Assembly: GCA_963787835.1 (NCBI GenBank)
Contig: CAWBEI010000002.1
Coordinates: 1,600,001 to 1,664,000, forward strand
Origin: Ignavibacteriota bacterium
GTDB lineage: Bacteria; Bacteroidota; Ignavibacteria; Palsa-1295
Direction: 5' to 3'
Length of the DNA stretch: 64,000 nucleotides
Shown here: in pieces, positions 19,739 to 31,038 of the stretch
How positions within the stretch are numbered: position 1 is the first letter of the stretch
Layout: every line of letters begins with the position of its first letter
Translations under genes and position numbers: made by a program
Notes under the pieces: model-generated
The model's input: only the letters and a program-made list of their open reading frames with translations
Databases searched by the model: none
What the model was told of the DNA's origin: nothing

Positions 19739-21584
19739 TCACATCTTTTCGAGCGCATCTTTGATCTTTGGGCGCATTTGCTCATCCTGATGTTCGTTAC
19801 CTCCCATTTCAAATCCAAGTGTCTTGCCATCCTTGCCAATGATAATGTGGGTTGGGTAGCCTTCGACGCCAAGCTTCTGACAAATCTCGTATCCATTCGG
19901 TACGATCTGGAATTTTGATTCCGCATGTTCAAGGTATCGCCGGAGAGCTTGCTCGTCATTAGTCGCGATCGAGAGGAACACTACATTTGTGTCACCCTTG
20001 AACGACTCAACCAATTTATTAAGTGAATTCTTTTCGATCTCGCATCCCGCGCAGCTAATGAACCAGCAATCGAGTACAACGACTTTTCCACGATGCGCCT
20101 CAAGTGATCCTGTTACGCCGTCGAGCGTAGTGTAGGTGAAGTTAGGCACAGAAGGTAATTCGATCTTTCCGCCATACTCTTTAGCCAACCTGCTTGAAAA
20201 TTCCTGTTGTGTTTCGGTTCCTTCCTTGAATTTCTGATAAAAATCTCTTAATCCGCTCACGTGGCCGCCAGTTCCAAGCGCGATCACTTCACCATACGTG
20301 CGTTTTGCATCTTCGATGCGTCCGGCTTCGAAATAAGCATTTGCCAGCGCGCCACCGATCTCTTGTTTGTCAGTAATCTCGGTAGAGCTAAGAATTGCGC
20401 TCCGACCGATCGTTTCTGCTTCATCGAGGCGTCCTAACTTCGCCAATAAAGCAATTTTATTGGCAATGACATGCTTTAGCCGGCCCATGCCACCCCAAAT
20501 ATTATCGCCGGAATAAAAAGCAGAGAGACTTTTTGCACTTTGCTCCGCTCGTTCGCACCAGAACGAGTGCCTTATTAGGATCGTAGAGGGGCCCCTTCTG
20601 ATTGCCATAAGCATACGAAATGGAAAGAAGCAGATCGACATCATGGGAGCCATTTCCAGCTTCGGAGGCTGAACAGGCTCCGCAAACAATTTTAAAGGTG
20701 TTTACCGGAAGCAGCGTATCCCAAGCCATGTGCCGCAACCAGTTGCTGGCCATATAACTATTCGGGTTGCGCTCGACGAGAGGTGCAATGATTCGGCCAG
20801 GCACGATCGGAAAAGTCATACTGCCTCCCTTTGTCATGCTTGGCGCAAAAAAAGAATTCCAGAAATTGGCATCATTGAAGAGTGGATCGAATCCCTGTGT
20901 TTGCGCGGCAGACTGAAATTCCACGTTTGCGAGGGAGTCCTTTCTCTGACGCATGTAAATCTCGCCGAGCGTAAAATGCCAGGATGCAGTATTGTCCGGG
21001 GATGCTTTCAGGCGGTCAATGAGCGAGGCCATCCAAGGCTTCCACGCAGAGTCAGGCATTGCTTTTCCGCCTGACATTTCGATCTGGTTAGCCTGATCGT
21101 AAGCAGCAATGTAGGAAGAATAATGCTTCGGATATTCGTTGAGATCGGCGTTGAGTGCGCTATCTATATTGGATGTGGCAGCTTCAATGATCGAGCCTGC
21201 AGTCGGACGGCCATCCTTTGTGCGGCATGTAGACTGCGTTACGCCATTAGGCACACGGTCGGTTGGAACGCAAATATCTATCCATAAGGAGTGCGTCGAG
21301 TCCGGCACAGTCAATTCTGCCTCATAATGTGTGCCGCTGACGTGCCTCATCGGTAGCACCATTCCGTGCTCCGGACGTGAGCCTTGGACGATCACAGCAC
21401 AGAAAAGCGTGTCTTGTGAATCGGATCTTACAAAGGAGGAGGTGTCTTCAGTGATGTAACGAATCGTGATCTTTTCACCCCAGCGTGGGTCGTCATTGGA
21501 AACATGTACACCCTGTTGCGCAAATAAAGAAGAAGATGAGAAGATCATGAATACAGCCATGCTCAGCCGCAGAATGTTTTTCAT
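19739..21584 (-). CDS. Exported TPR + TlpA-like thioredoxin protein, split by +1 frameshift near 20562
   Basis: ORF 20502-21584 (signal LFA-Q) joins ORF 19739-20689 (TPR helices, WFISCAGC CxxC, GYPT cis-Pro); total span minus 1 is divisible by 3. Confidence 0.8.
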
Positions 21585-21759
21585 GATTATCAAGGAACGT
21601 GTGAGAGGATTTTGGAGTCTCATATCAGGTGATTCTTCTGATAGAAAGTACTATGATAAATGTAGTCTGATGTTCCGAAATAGATTTTTAGTGGCATTCT
21701 GCCCCATGAATGGTAGGAGGCATTAGACACGAAAAAGTCGCACGTTCCGATCAACCTTT

Positions 21760-24700
21760 TTACCGAGCCCGCACCGCAGTCTGTGTTACAGCATCAGAGA
21801 CGTTATCGCCATTGGTGCCATTGATAACGACGCGATAAACGTACGTTCCGTTGGCTACTTCGTTTCCATGTTCGTCTCGGCCATCCCATTCAACGGCGTT
21901 AAAGCCGGCGTGCGTTACGCTTGGAGTGAGTGTCCTAATCTTACGTCCGGCAATGGTATAGACAACAATTTTAATATCGGCTGATGCGTCTGATTTTAGG
22001 ATAAAGGTAAAATCCGTTGTTTCCTTGAATGGATTCGGATAATTCATCACCTCTTCGATACCGTTCACATCGCTGACGGTAAAACATTGTTGAAGTGTGT
22101 CCGTATTTCCGCTTGCATCGCGGAGATAGGCATGCATGATCCATGTTCCGGCAGTGAAGGGCGCATTAGGCGCTGGAGTGATCGTCAACTGTGCTTGCAA
22201 TGGGCCTCCTGGAAACGATTTAAATGTCACAGTAAGGCCGTGTGTATTGATCGTGGAAACTGGAAAAAACTGGTTGTTTTGCTCATCCAGAAAATCAGCG
22301 GTAATGGAACTTGTTGACGTGTCACGCAGCGGGTTTGAACTGATCATTTGGATCTGGATCGTCGAACGGCTCGAGACATATCCACAGTCCGCAGAAATAT
22401 GTTGAGGAACCATATCTGTCGGATCGACAAAAAGAATTTCGCCGGAGGGTGACATCGTATCCCTCGTGACGTTGTAGGAACCATTAATGGTGTTATTAAA
22501 GAGAAGCTGCTCGTTCTGCGCTTCGTTCGGGTTCACGGTGGCTGTAAGCGTGGCGTTGCCAAGCTCGTTCTGTGTTGAGATCGTGTCCTTAAAAGGTTGA
22601 ACTCCGTGGCCCGCGATCAGGGACACAAGATGCTCTGCTGAGGTATCCGTTTTTCCTTGATATTGCCGGAGCAGCAGGACAAGAACGGAATCGCCGGGTG
22701 TGCAAGTAAGCGTTGTCGCGGAGTAGTTCGCGATCGTCGAGCCGCCAGAGTTTATGGTCTGCGGAGTGCATGTGATCGAATCCGTAGCAAAAGTAAATTC
22801 GGGTGCGGGGTCGTATTGCAGAGCGATCCCAGAAAGTGCGGGACTAACAGAAGTATTTGCTGAGCGAGTAAATCCCATCTGCACCCCGAGCCGATCGTAG
22901 GTGCGGGGATTGATATTAGAGAGGCTAAAAGAATAGCCCGACGATGCTTTAAACGTATCGACGATGTCAACCCCGCTGCCATCGCGCCGCGAGCCGAGTA
23001 CCGTAAACGCAATATCATTCCCGCTCACGATGGGATCACCGGTCCAGGTGAGCGTCCCATAATCTTTTGCGACGGCCGTATAAGGGGTTTCTGCAAACCC
23101 GGACGTGCCGGCGGTAATAATTGTGTCGAATGCCATCGCCCCCCCCGATTGATATGGCGCGAATACTTCTTTCGCAGTTCCTGGCGCGCTGCCTTTTATT
23201 CCAATAAGAGAGTAGCTGCCATCATAGGCCATCGGCGACAAACCAATACGGGAACCGAGCGACTCCATTTGTCCCTGCACTGCAGGAAAGAAGTACTGAG
23301 GAAATTGCACCGATCCTACGGTCAGTACCATGACAAGACGGTTTTGCGGGATGGAAGATAGCACTGAATTGAACAAAACAGCCATCGAATCTTGGAACAT
23401 GGTATCGAGTTGCAGTTGCCACGGCATTTCGAACTCGAAGACAGAATCGATCTGGGTTCCGTCCGGTGTCCAGACAAGGACCGCATACCCGTTGTCGAAG
23501 ATCGAGCCATTATAATAGCCACTATCCTGCCAATAAAATCTGCCATTGAGAAAAACCTGCGCGTAGGGCGCATCTGCACGGATATTCGTATCACCAAGCC
23601 CGTGCGAGATCCCTTCAAGCCGCATTGTATCCTGTTGCGGGAGATAAAGCATTCCCCGCGTATTGATGGACAAGCCATTTACGATGGTAGTAGCCAATTG
23701 ATCCTGTGAAGTATAGCTGAACTCCGGCCTCGCCGCTGAACCGGTGCTGAAGCTCGCAGGCTGCCATGGGGTCGTATCTCCAGAAGCACGCACCACGCGC
23801 GTTCGCCACCAATATACAGAAGAGGAGGGGATGGGCGCCGAAGGCACCGTCACATCGAACGTGATGTAATAGGCCGAGCCAATGCTTGTTTTACGATCGA
23901 CAAGAATATTCGTAAACGCGATTGTGGTATCGAGCTGGAGTTCCACTTGATCGTTCGGGTTGCTTCCGGAGGGCGGGAGTACGATAAAATGAACGCTATT
24001 CGGCCCGATGTCGCAAAGTTGCCGTTCTCCCTCATAAGGAAAGAACGGGGTGGTCGAAAGTCCATTGATCTGGATCTGAATGCATGCTGAGTCATCGGAA
24101 CGGTAGGATTCCGGGAATTTATGATCCGGATCGATAACAACGCAAATTTCGTGCAGACCGATGGAGGTTGCGTTCAGCCCAAATACCGCAGAGGCCGATG
24201 CACTATCGTTGAGTCCGGCAAGGGTATCAAATCGTACGGTTGGAAACCCGCTTGGTCCTGCATCGGTAATGCGAATGACCACGGGACGATCCGCTGAATA
24301 TCCATAATTATGGATAAGCGCCTGAATGGTTAAAGTACTATCGCTAATCGTAAAATTTGTCTGGGGCGTGCTGCTTCCGGGGGCATATCCATGCACCTCG
24401 TTCGAATACACTGCGAACTCGGGCTGCGGCCGCAGTGCAAAGCCGACTGCTGCGTCCCCGAGCATAGAGTTCTGTAATACCTCATTATGGGTTATGCCAC
24501 CACCGAAATCGTATTGTGAGGTCAGCATCTTTGCAGCGGTCAGCATTTCGAGCATATTCATGCTTTCCGAACGTGTACTGTCGTGGCTGCTGTCGAAGGA
24601 CTGCATCATGCTGAACCAATCTCCGGTCAGGGTTCCATCGAAGTATTCTTCACCAAATCCCGTTGTGCCATAAGCCTGAACCGATCCGGCTTCTTGCGCC

Positions 24701-27700
24701 TCGATGTAGGATTGGTTCACCCCGATCTGATCGGGTTCCGCAAAGTCGCCGGTTCGGCATGTCAGTGTGAGGAGCAGCGGGTAAAGTCCTTTGTTTTGCA
24801 AGACGCTCGCATCGGGGAAGGCTACATCGGAGGTAAACGTAGCTCCATGTCCGCCAAAGTACATGATCGATTGTCCGCTCAATAGCAAGTTCTCTATTGC
24901 GCCGATATGCGTGGGATCGATGCCACCCATACCTCCAGGTGGCCAAACGTTTCGGTCAATGATCGTATCCTGAATGTTCATGGGCGGAGCGATCAGCCCC
25001 AGGTTTCCAACCGGAGGAGGAGGAAACAGCCAGGACTCATAATCCTGATCGAAACTTTCGTGCTCCAATCCGGTGCTATCCCCGCCGGCTATGAACATAA
25101 AATTCCGGTTCCACGATGCGGGTGGTTCGTTCTCATATTCCTGTAATTTCGAGATATAGGACTCCGCAGCCCCTTCGGAAGCGATCGGAATGCGGGAGAT
25201 CATCATGAGCGGCAGGCTGTCGAGATCGCTATCGGACTCCGGAATCGTGAAGTAGGAGTCGCTCGCAGGATTGCCAAAGGATGGCACGAAGGAGCGCTGG
25301 GAACTGCTTGGTAAAATAAATTTTGGATCCCACGAAGCATTCCCCAACAGCGTCACTAATCCAACGGGGGTATTTGAATAATTGTAGTACGCATAATTCA
25401 AATAGCGGCGGATCGCTTCGGGTTCATTGCTGCCATAATCGAACGCATTAAAGATCTCGTCGGTGGTGACTACTTTCGTTTTTAGTCCCTGATTTGCGCG
25501 AAGGGTAGTCAGCATTTGAGCAGCGCGCGTGAATGCAGGATGCGTGATCACAAGGTAATCCACCTGATTTTGCGGATTCAGTATTTGCCAGGAAAGTACG
25601 TTCGGAGATTTGGTATTCCAGGGTTGAATGTTATCGCATTTTAAAAGTGTGGCAGTCGTTGCGGCAGCATATTGCAGTGGATTGGAAGAAGTGGAATCTA
25701 TAAATTGGCCGGAAGGATCGAGAATGCGCGTGTTATCCGTCAGATTGTAAAGATGGACCGTTCCATCCGACATAGCAAGCTGGAACACGGTGTCCGTTTG
25801 TGCAATGGAAAAAAGCCACTGTCCTTTTGCAATCCCCGTATCGGTGCTTGGCACGAGTGCGTTTTCGATCCTAACCTCGTAATAGTCCAGATAAAACTGA
25901 TCGACGCTATCTCCGAGCGTAAGGGCGTTTATATTTACTGCGTTTGCACCAACGGCAAGCCGAGAGAGCGGAACTGTCATCGTGAGGGAATCATAGGTAA
26001 ATCCCAAAAAATTCGTTTGAAAGCTTTTAATTCCACCCACTTCCGCTTGCACGGTATGACCAAGGTTCGAGGCTTGATACGACATTCCCCGGAATAAAAA
26101 GCTTATCGTTGCAACCTTGCCAGAGGTATCGGAAGGGAGCTTAGAGATGTAGAATGTATCTGTAAAATGCGATAGCGCCGGATTGCCGTTATTGGCGTCT
26201 GTGCCATACAGTTCCGCCCATTCGAACCGTTCGCCGGGTACATATTCCGTCATTTGCTGCGTTTCAGTTTCATCTTCTCCTGCATCGCCGGTATAATAAT
26301 TGACATCCTTTTCATGATGCAGGAGTTCCATCCCCGAAGCAATTATGGGCGCGTTCGTTGGAACGACAGATTTAGCACTGTAGCGTAACGGAGGCGCGAT
26401 CCCGCCGGACGAAGTCAGCCAATACACATTGGTATCCGTTGCGACATTGTAGTATTCAGACATACTATAATTTTCTGACGGATTGTAATTTGGAGCATCC
26501 TGTACCTGGTAATCGTAGAGCAAGAAGGGATTCCAGAGCACCGTCGGCAGCGGGAACCCGTGAAGATGCTGGCCATAGAACTCGATGCCAGTAATGTTGC
26601 CGGAAGCATCGGTATCGATCCATATTGGGATCTCGACACCATGATTGTAGCAGCGAACATTTTTCGTGGTCCAGCCAGAAGTTGGAAGTGAAAAACCTTG
26701 GTTGGTAAAGTTGAGATCGCTGGCATTCACGCGGTACATCCCATCGTGGGTAACAGCAAGGCGAATATATGCTGCATTCGTATCGATCCAACGGGTGACG
26801 GAATCGAAATTATTTTGCAGGGTTGAAAATTTCAAATTTTTCGAAACCACAGGCCGCGCGGCAAGCGGTTTCTGCGAAGGCTTTTGCTTCAAGGGAACCG
26901 CGAAGGACGAGAGATCCCAGGTGTTCGTAACGAGCTTAGAATCGAGATCGGCGAAAAGAGGATCGTGCGTTGCAGCGGGTGCTATACTCGTTGCCTGCGT
27001 AGTATTAAAGTTGATCCCAACGGAGAATGTTTCGAGAGCTACCGAAGCACCTGAAAGAAGCGGCACGCTCACCGTTACCATTCGTAAGGAGCGAAAGGTT
27101 CGTGGTTTAGTTATGGTCAGGGTTGGGAATGATGAATACAAGTTTGCATCATAGACGCGCTGTAATTTCCCTTTAACGGTTTTTGCGGAAGGAGGGAAAT
27201 GAATGTTCCCGATCGGCGCCGTGGAAGTTGTTTTAAGAATGGGGGTAATATTACTTGCGTTTGCAGGGACCGCAAATGTAAAGGTAAGCACCGGATACTC
27301 CGGCGCTCCGCCGTGAGCCGAGAACGGTGTAACACCGGGGGGCAGCCCACGCGCAAGTGCGCGCCAACCGACTTTCGAAAACTTCATTCCCGAAGGCGCA
27401 TTCGCCACAGTTACAGATGAAGCGGATGTTGTGGGAGTGCCCAGATCCACGGCAAGCGTGACCGAGCCAGTGTTTGCAGTGACCGATGTTTTGTGAGATA
27501 CTATAATGGAATGAGCATGAGCCGCACTCCTAACGCCAAACCACTTTATGTGTGGCTGATGAGCACGGCGCTTCGTGGAACGGACGTGCGAGGATACTAA
27601 TGGGTGTAAATGAGCCGGTCGCGTTGTGTTTGCCGTTGCAGGACGATTTACTGCGAACTGTTGTGCGACTTTCGGCACGCTTTTCGGAAGCTGAAATCCG

Positions 27701-27780
27701 ACAGCTGCGCTCGACGCCGAGAGCAGGCAAATTAGAGAGAAGGATGTAAAACAGCGAGAGATCATTCGTTTAATCAACAC
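21760..27780 (-). CDS. PorU-like C25 (gingipain-clan) protein with T9SS/FlgD-Ig C-terminus
   Basis: DYLVITHPAF, IFNAFDYG, SDSYF, ISRIP, YFGGHG (His), LTC (Cys), MLGDAA, NYPNPF...WDGRD. Confidence 0.85.
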   Translation of the reverse strand: MLIKRMISRCFTSFSLICLLSASSAAVGFQLPKSVPKVAQQFAVNRPATANTTRPAHLHPLVSSHVRSTKRRAHQPHIKWFGVRSAAHAHSIIVSHKTSVTANTGSVTLAVDLGTPTTSASSVTVANAPSGMKFSKVGWRALARGLPPGVTPFSAHGGAPEYPVLTFTFAVPANASNITPILKTTSTAPIGNIHFPPSAKTVKGKLQRVYDANLYSSFPTLTITKPRTFRSLRMVTVSVPLLSGASVALETFSVGINFNTTQATSIAPAATHDPLFADLDSKLVTNTWDLSSFAVPLKQKPSQKPLAARPVVSKNLKFSTLQNNFDSVTRWIDTNAAYIRLAVTHDGMYRVNASDLNFTNQGFSLPTSGWTTKNVRCYNHGVEIPIWIDTDASGNITGIEFYGQHLHGFPLPTVLWNPFLLYDYQVQDAPNYNPSENYSMSEYYNVATDTNVYWLTSSGGIAPPLRYSAKSVVPTNAPIIASGMELLHHEKDVNYYTGDAGEDETETQQMTEYVPGERFEWAELYGTDANNGNPALSHFTDTFYISKLPSDTSGKVATISFLFRGMSYQASNLGHTVQAEVGGIKSFQTNFLGFTYDSLTMTVPLSRLAVGANAVNINALTLGDSVDQFYLDYYEVRIENALVPSTDTGIAKGQWLFSIAQTDTVFQLAMSDGTVHLYNLTDNTRILDPSGQFIDSTSSNPLQYAAATTATLLKCDNIQPWNTKSPNVLSWQILNPQNQVDYLVITHPAFTRAAQMLTTLRANQGLKTKVVTTDEIFNAFDYGSNEPEAIRRYLNYAYYNYSNTPVGLVTLLGNASWDPKFILPSSSQRSFVPSFGNPASDSYFTIPESDSDLDSLPLMMISRIPIASEGAAESYISKLQEYENEPPASWNRNFMFIAGGDSTGLEHESFDQDYESWLFPPPPVGNLGLIAPPMNIQDTIIDRNVWPPGGMGGIDPTHIGAIENLLLSGQSIMYFGGHGATFTSDVAFPDASVLQNKGLYPLLLTLTCRTGDFAEPDQIGVNQSYIEAQEAGSVQAYGTTGFGEEYFDGTLTGDWFSMMQSFDSSHDSTRSESMNMLEMLTAAKMLTSQYDFGGGITHNEVLQNSMLGDAAVGFALRPQPEFAVYSNEVHGYAPGSSTPQTNFTISDSTLTIQALIHNYGYSADRPVVIRITDAGPSGFPTVRFDTLAGLNDSASASAVFGLNATSIGLHEICVVIDPDHKFPESYRSDDSACIQIQINGLSTTPFFPYEGERQLCDIGPNSVHFIVLPPSGSNPNDQVELQLDTTIAFTNILVDRKTSIGSAYYITFDVTVPSAPIPSSSVYWWRTRVVRASGDTTPWQPASFSTGSAARPEFSYTSQDQLATTIVNGLSINTRGMLYLPQQDTMRLEGISHGLGDTNIRADAPYAQVFLNGRFYWQDSGYYNGSIFDNGYAVLVWTPDGTQIDSVFEFEMPWQLQLDTMFQDSMAVLFNSVLSSIPQNRLVMVLTVGSVQFPQYFFPAVQGQMESLGSRIGLSPMAYDGSYSLIGIKGSAPGTAKEVFAPYQSGGAMAFDTIITAGTSGFAETPYTAVAKDYGTLTWTGDPIVSGNDIAFTVLGSRRDGSGVDIVDTFKASSGYSFSLSNINPRTYDRLGVQMGFTRSANTSVSPALSGIALQYDPAPEFTFATDSITCTPQTINSGGSTIANYSATTLTCTPGDSVLVLLLRQYQGKTDTSAEHLVSLIAGHGVQPFKDTISTQNELGNATLTATVNPNEAQNEQLLFNNTINGSYNVTRDTMSPSGEILFVDPTDMVPQHISADCGYVSSRSTIQIQMISSNPLRDTSTSSITADFLDEQNNQFFPVSTINTHGLTVTFKSFPGGPLQAQLTITPAPNAPFTAGTWIMHAYLRDASGNTDTLQQCFTVSDVNGIEEVMNYPNPFKETTDFTFILKSDASADIKIVVYTIAGRKIRTLTPSVTHAGFNAVEWDGRDEHGNEVANGTYVYRVVINGTNGDNVSDAVTQTAVRAR

Positions 27781-27819
27781 AGCAACAACGCGGTAAATCC
27801 GCGCATTGTCCCTTAGGGA

Positions 27820-29205
27820 TTAATTTTTGACCATACGGGTATCGGGTGCATTCCACGGCCATTCCTGCTTTATCCTTGCCCATCCGAAATAAACTAAGAC
27901 ACCAATTCCTATTACTGAGGATGCACCGACAATGAATTTCAGTCCGGTGAAGTAGAAAACGAACAGCCAGATCGCGATCGAGAGAATCGCCGGTATCGGA
28001 AACAGAGGCATGCGATAGGGCAGTGATGCAGTCCTATCACGATCTCGGTGCCACAACATCAACCCCACGGTTTGTCCGATAAATTGGATGAGAATGCGCA
28101 TGGCGAGAATGGCGCTGATAACTTCGCTCATTCTATCGAAAAATACGCTGAAGATAAAGGCTAACGCGCCAAGCACAAGCAGTGACACCGTCGGAAAATG
28201 TTCGGTAGGATGCACTCGCGCGAAGATGCGAAAAAACGCTCCATCGTTTGCGGCGGCATACGGAATGCGTGAATACCCAAGCATTGCTGAAAAAAGAGAT
28301 GCCGCTGCAATGATCAGAATAAGAACAGTGCCAACGTTTGCCGCATTTGTGCCGTAAAGGTGTTCGAAGAAGGTGCTGAAAATAAAATCGGAGTGCCGCG
28401 ACGTTTGCCATGGCATCGTTCCCAGAATGCTAAGCTGCATCCCAATATAAATGATCGCAATGCCACCAATGGAAAGGAACATGCTGCGAGGAATATTTTT
28501 CTCCGGATCGCGTATTTCCGCACCCAAATGGCAAACATTATAATATCCCAAATAACTATACACCGATTTACCCATTGCCTGCCCCAATACCACAAAAAAG
28601 ATGGGCGAGAGCGTCCAGGCTCCGGGAGGATAATTAAAGGCAAGTTGTGGATCGAAATGGGTAGCTCCTGCAAAGAGGATCCAGGCGATGGTGAGGATCA
28701 GCACCGTCCAGAGAATGATCGAAATGCGCCCGGCTGTTGCGATCTTTCTGTATAAAACGATCGTGAGCAAGATCACAAGCGCGCCGGAAACGGCTTTGCG
28801 CGCAAACGGAGTCAAGGGAAGAAGGTAATTAAAATGCTCCGCAAAACCGATAGCGCCGGAAGCGACGACAAGCGGCGCCTGAAAAACAGTCTGCCAAATA
28901 AAGAGAAACGAGAATAACTTGCCCCAGGTATGCTCGCCGTAGAGTTTTCGAAGGAAGACAAAGCTCCCGCCTGCCTCCGGCCATTTCGCGCCAAGTTCCG
29001 ACCACACCATCCCATCGATCATGGCAAGCAGTGCGCCGAGCAGCCATGCAATGATGCACTGCGGGCCATTCATAATGTCGATGACGAGCGCCATCGTCAC
29101 GAATGGGCCGATGCCCACCATGTCGATCATGTTTAGCGCCGTTGCCTCGCGCAGCCCGATACCGCGAACGAGGGAGGGATGGGACTCGGACGCTATCTCG
29201 CTCAC
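27820..29205 (-). CDS. APC-family amino acid/amine permease
   Basis: MVGIGPF, WSELGAKWPEAGG, LGAEIRDPEKNIPRS; about 12 TM segments. Confidence 0.92.
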   Translation of the reverse strand: MSEIASESHPSLVRGIGLREATALNMIDMVGIGPFVTMALVIDIMNGPQCIIAWLLGALLAMIDGMVWSELGAKWPEAGGSFVFLRKLYGEHTWGKLFSFLFIWQTVFQAPLVVASGAIGFAEHFNYLLPLTPFARKAVSGALVILLTIVLYRKIATAGRISIILWTVLILTIAWILFAGATHFDPQLAFNYPPGAWTLSPIFFVVLGQAMGKSVYSYLGYYNVCHLGAEIRDPEKNIPRSMFLSIGGIAIIYIGMQLSILGTMPWQTSRHSDFIFSTFFEHLYGTNAANVGTVLILIIAAASLFSAMLGYSRIPYAAANDGAFFRIFARVHPTEHFPTVSLLVLGALAFIFSVFFDRMSEVISAILAMRILIQFIGQTVGLMLWHRDRDRTASLPYRMPLFPIPAILSIAIWLFVFYFTGLKFIVGASSVIGIGVLVYFGWARIKQEWPWNAPDTRMVKN

Positions 29206-30143
29206 TTCACGCCGGGATAGGTTAGCTCGGGGTAATCATTGATCGCGAGGCGGTCGAACAACGCTTTTGTTTTCGCGCGACCTTCGGGAGGGTTGATGTC
29301 GAAATAGTAGTATTCTTCCAGGTCGCCGCGATTCAATCCCATTTGCATGGTTCCCTGTGATTTGTGCTCGGCGATCTCCCAGTTTACGATTGTTTTATAG
29401 TTGAGTGCATGATGGAATCCGAAGCTTTGATTTAAGTCAAAAGAGTAAGCCGGCATCCCATCGGTGACTCGCGTGATGGGAAATCCTGCGAGTACCGTAA
29501 ACGGTGTCGGAGGTTTATCCTTCTCGGTGCCGCTGGCACACAGGACGATAGGATGCGCCACTCCTTTGGGTAGGTTCTGCACCGCAGTGAGCGCCAATAT
29601 TGTTGCGGCTTTATGATGTCCGTGCGTGGAATCGCTCGGCAAAAGCGTGAATACAAAATCGTAGTGTCCCGTAACTAAAATATGATTTAGTTCTGATTTT
29701 ACCTGCGGAATATTCCAATTGCTATCTAATACTTCGTGCGGATCGAGTGTGTAGCGGTTATCGCGCTGATTGAAAAAATAGATCTTATGAAGGCCGATGA
29801 TCTTGCCAGCGTTTACAAGCTCTTTGTGGCGAATTCCGGGCAGATATTTCCGTCCGACCTTCTCATCCGTCAGGTTCAGGTGATAATACTCATTGGCGAG
29901 CGTCGAATATTTATATCCCGCTTCGCCGTTCGTAATTACGACCAGATCGACCACGCCATGCAGATCATGTGTGATCTTATAGATGGCTGCTGCGTAAGCT
30001 GTTTCGTCATCGGGGTGGGCATCGACCACGAGCACATGTGGGCCAGGGGATGCTTTTGCAGGTGTATGGGCCTTCGAGCCAAGGGATAAGCCGAGCACAA
30101 GAAAGCCCGAGACAACGATCGAGATAAAATGGCGCTTCATCAT
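29202..30143 (-). CDS. PIG-L/LmbE-family de-N-acetylase with signal peptide
   Basis: AHPDDE, TNGEAG, HGHH, HKSQ. Confidence 0.9.
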   Translation of the reverse strand: MMKRHFISIVVSGFLVLGLSLGSKAHTPAKASPGPHVLVVDAHPDDETAYAAAIYKITHDLHGVVDLVVITNGEAGYKYSTLANEYYHLNLTDEKVGRKYLPGIRHKELVNAGKIIGLHKIYFFNQRDNRYTLDPHEVLDSNWNIPQVKSELNHILVTGHYDFVFTLLPSDSTHGHHKAATILALTAVQNLPKGVAHPIVLCASGTEKDKPPTPFTVLAGFPITRVTDGMPAYSFDLNQSFGFHHALNYKTIVNWEIAEHKSQGTMQMGLNRGDLEEYYYFDINPPEGRAKTKALFDRLAINDYPELTYPGVK

Positions 30144-30560
30144 TTGGAATTTGTAATAATTTTGCTTGGTGGAACAATGAATATTAGATGAGGGGTTGCA
30201 ATTCTGGTCGATTGTTGTGGATTAAATCATTATTATTTCGCAACAGGGGCTGAACTTATCTTGCTTTCAGGGCATTTGCGTTAATGAATTCATGCTACCT
30301 TTGGTTGTGTGTTTCGTGGATAAAAGAAGTTTCAGCATTTGGTTCGGTCAGTTTACGATCAGCGCACGCGTGAAGGGTCATGCGAAAAGCGCCGAGCGCA
30401 TCGCCCACGATGCTCGTTTGCCGTCTTTGAATCGTGTTGCGTTAATGGATGAGCGATCGGCTCACGAGCGATCGTCCAGCTTTGGTTCCCGTTTCAACAT
30501 CTCGAAGCGTAACGTTTCGTTTCCATTTCTTTTTGCATGAGCGATCATGCGTGTTAACAC

Positions 30561-30935
30561 ATGAGGATATATGTAGGTGGGCTTCCGTATCAAACGGACG
30601 ATGCCCAACTGACCCAGATCTTTGCAGCCTATGGCGAAGTTGCCAGCGCAAAGGTTATTACAGATCGCGATTCCGGTCGCAGCAAAGGCTTCGGTTTCGT
30701 CGAAATGAACGACGATGCCGCAGCAAAAAAAGCTATTGACGAGCTGAACCAGGCCGAACTCGGCGGTCGAACGCTTACCGTCAACGAAGCGCGCCCAATG
30801 GAGCAGCGCGATAATCGTGGCGGCGGCGGTGGTCGTGGCGGCTACGGCGGCGGTGGTGGTCGCGGCGGCGGTGGTGGCCGTGGCGGAGACCGCGGCGGCG
30901 ATCGTGGTGGAGACCGCGGCGGGAAACGCTGGTAA
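30561..30935 (+). CDS. RRM RNA-binding protein with RGG tail
   Basis: RNP2 IYVGGL, RNP1 KGFGFVEM, VNEARP, GGRGG/GGDR tail. Confidence 0.95.
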   Translation: MRIYVGGLPYQTDDAQLTQIFAAYGEVASAKVITDRDSGRSKGFGFVEMNDDAAAKKAIDELNQAELGGRTLTVNEARPMEQRDNRGGGGGRGGYGGGGGRGGGGGRGGDRGGDRGGDRGGKRW

Positions 30936-30957
30936 AACTCCCAACGAATTGTTGAGC

Positions 30958-30993
30958 ACGAGTAACGAGTTTTTAACTCGTTACTCGTTGGCG
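30958..30993. repeat. Hairpin repeat copy 1 (14-bp stem)
   Basis: ACGAGTAACGAGTT-TTT-AACTCGTTACTCGT. Confidence 0.8.
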
Positions 30994-31038
30994 TTCGTGT
31001 AATATGAACTTCCCTGTAACAGGAGTCGTTGAACGTAC

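Noticed and set aside
26606-26621. GCATCGGTATCGATCC as a palindrome-family copy
   Set aside because: Arm mismatch, atypical loop and isolated position; compatible with chance.
30817-30925. GGC-rich tandem repeat as a DNA element
   Set aside because: Explained by the Gly/Arg tail of the RRM protein.
30462-30959. 165-aa minus-strand ORF
   Set aside because: Antisense shadow of the RRM gene.
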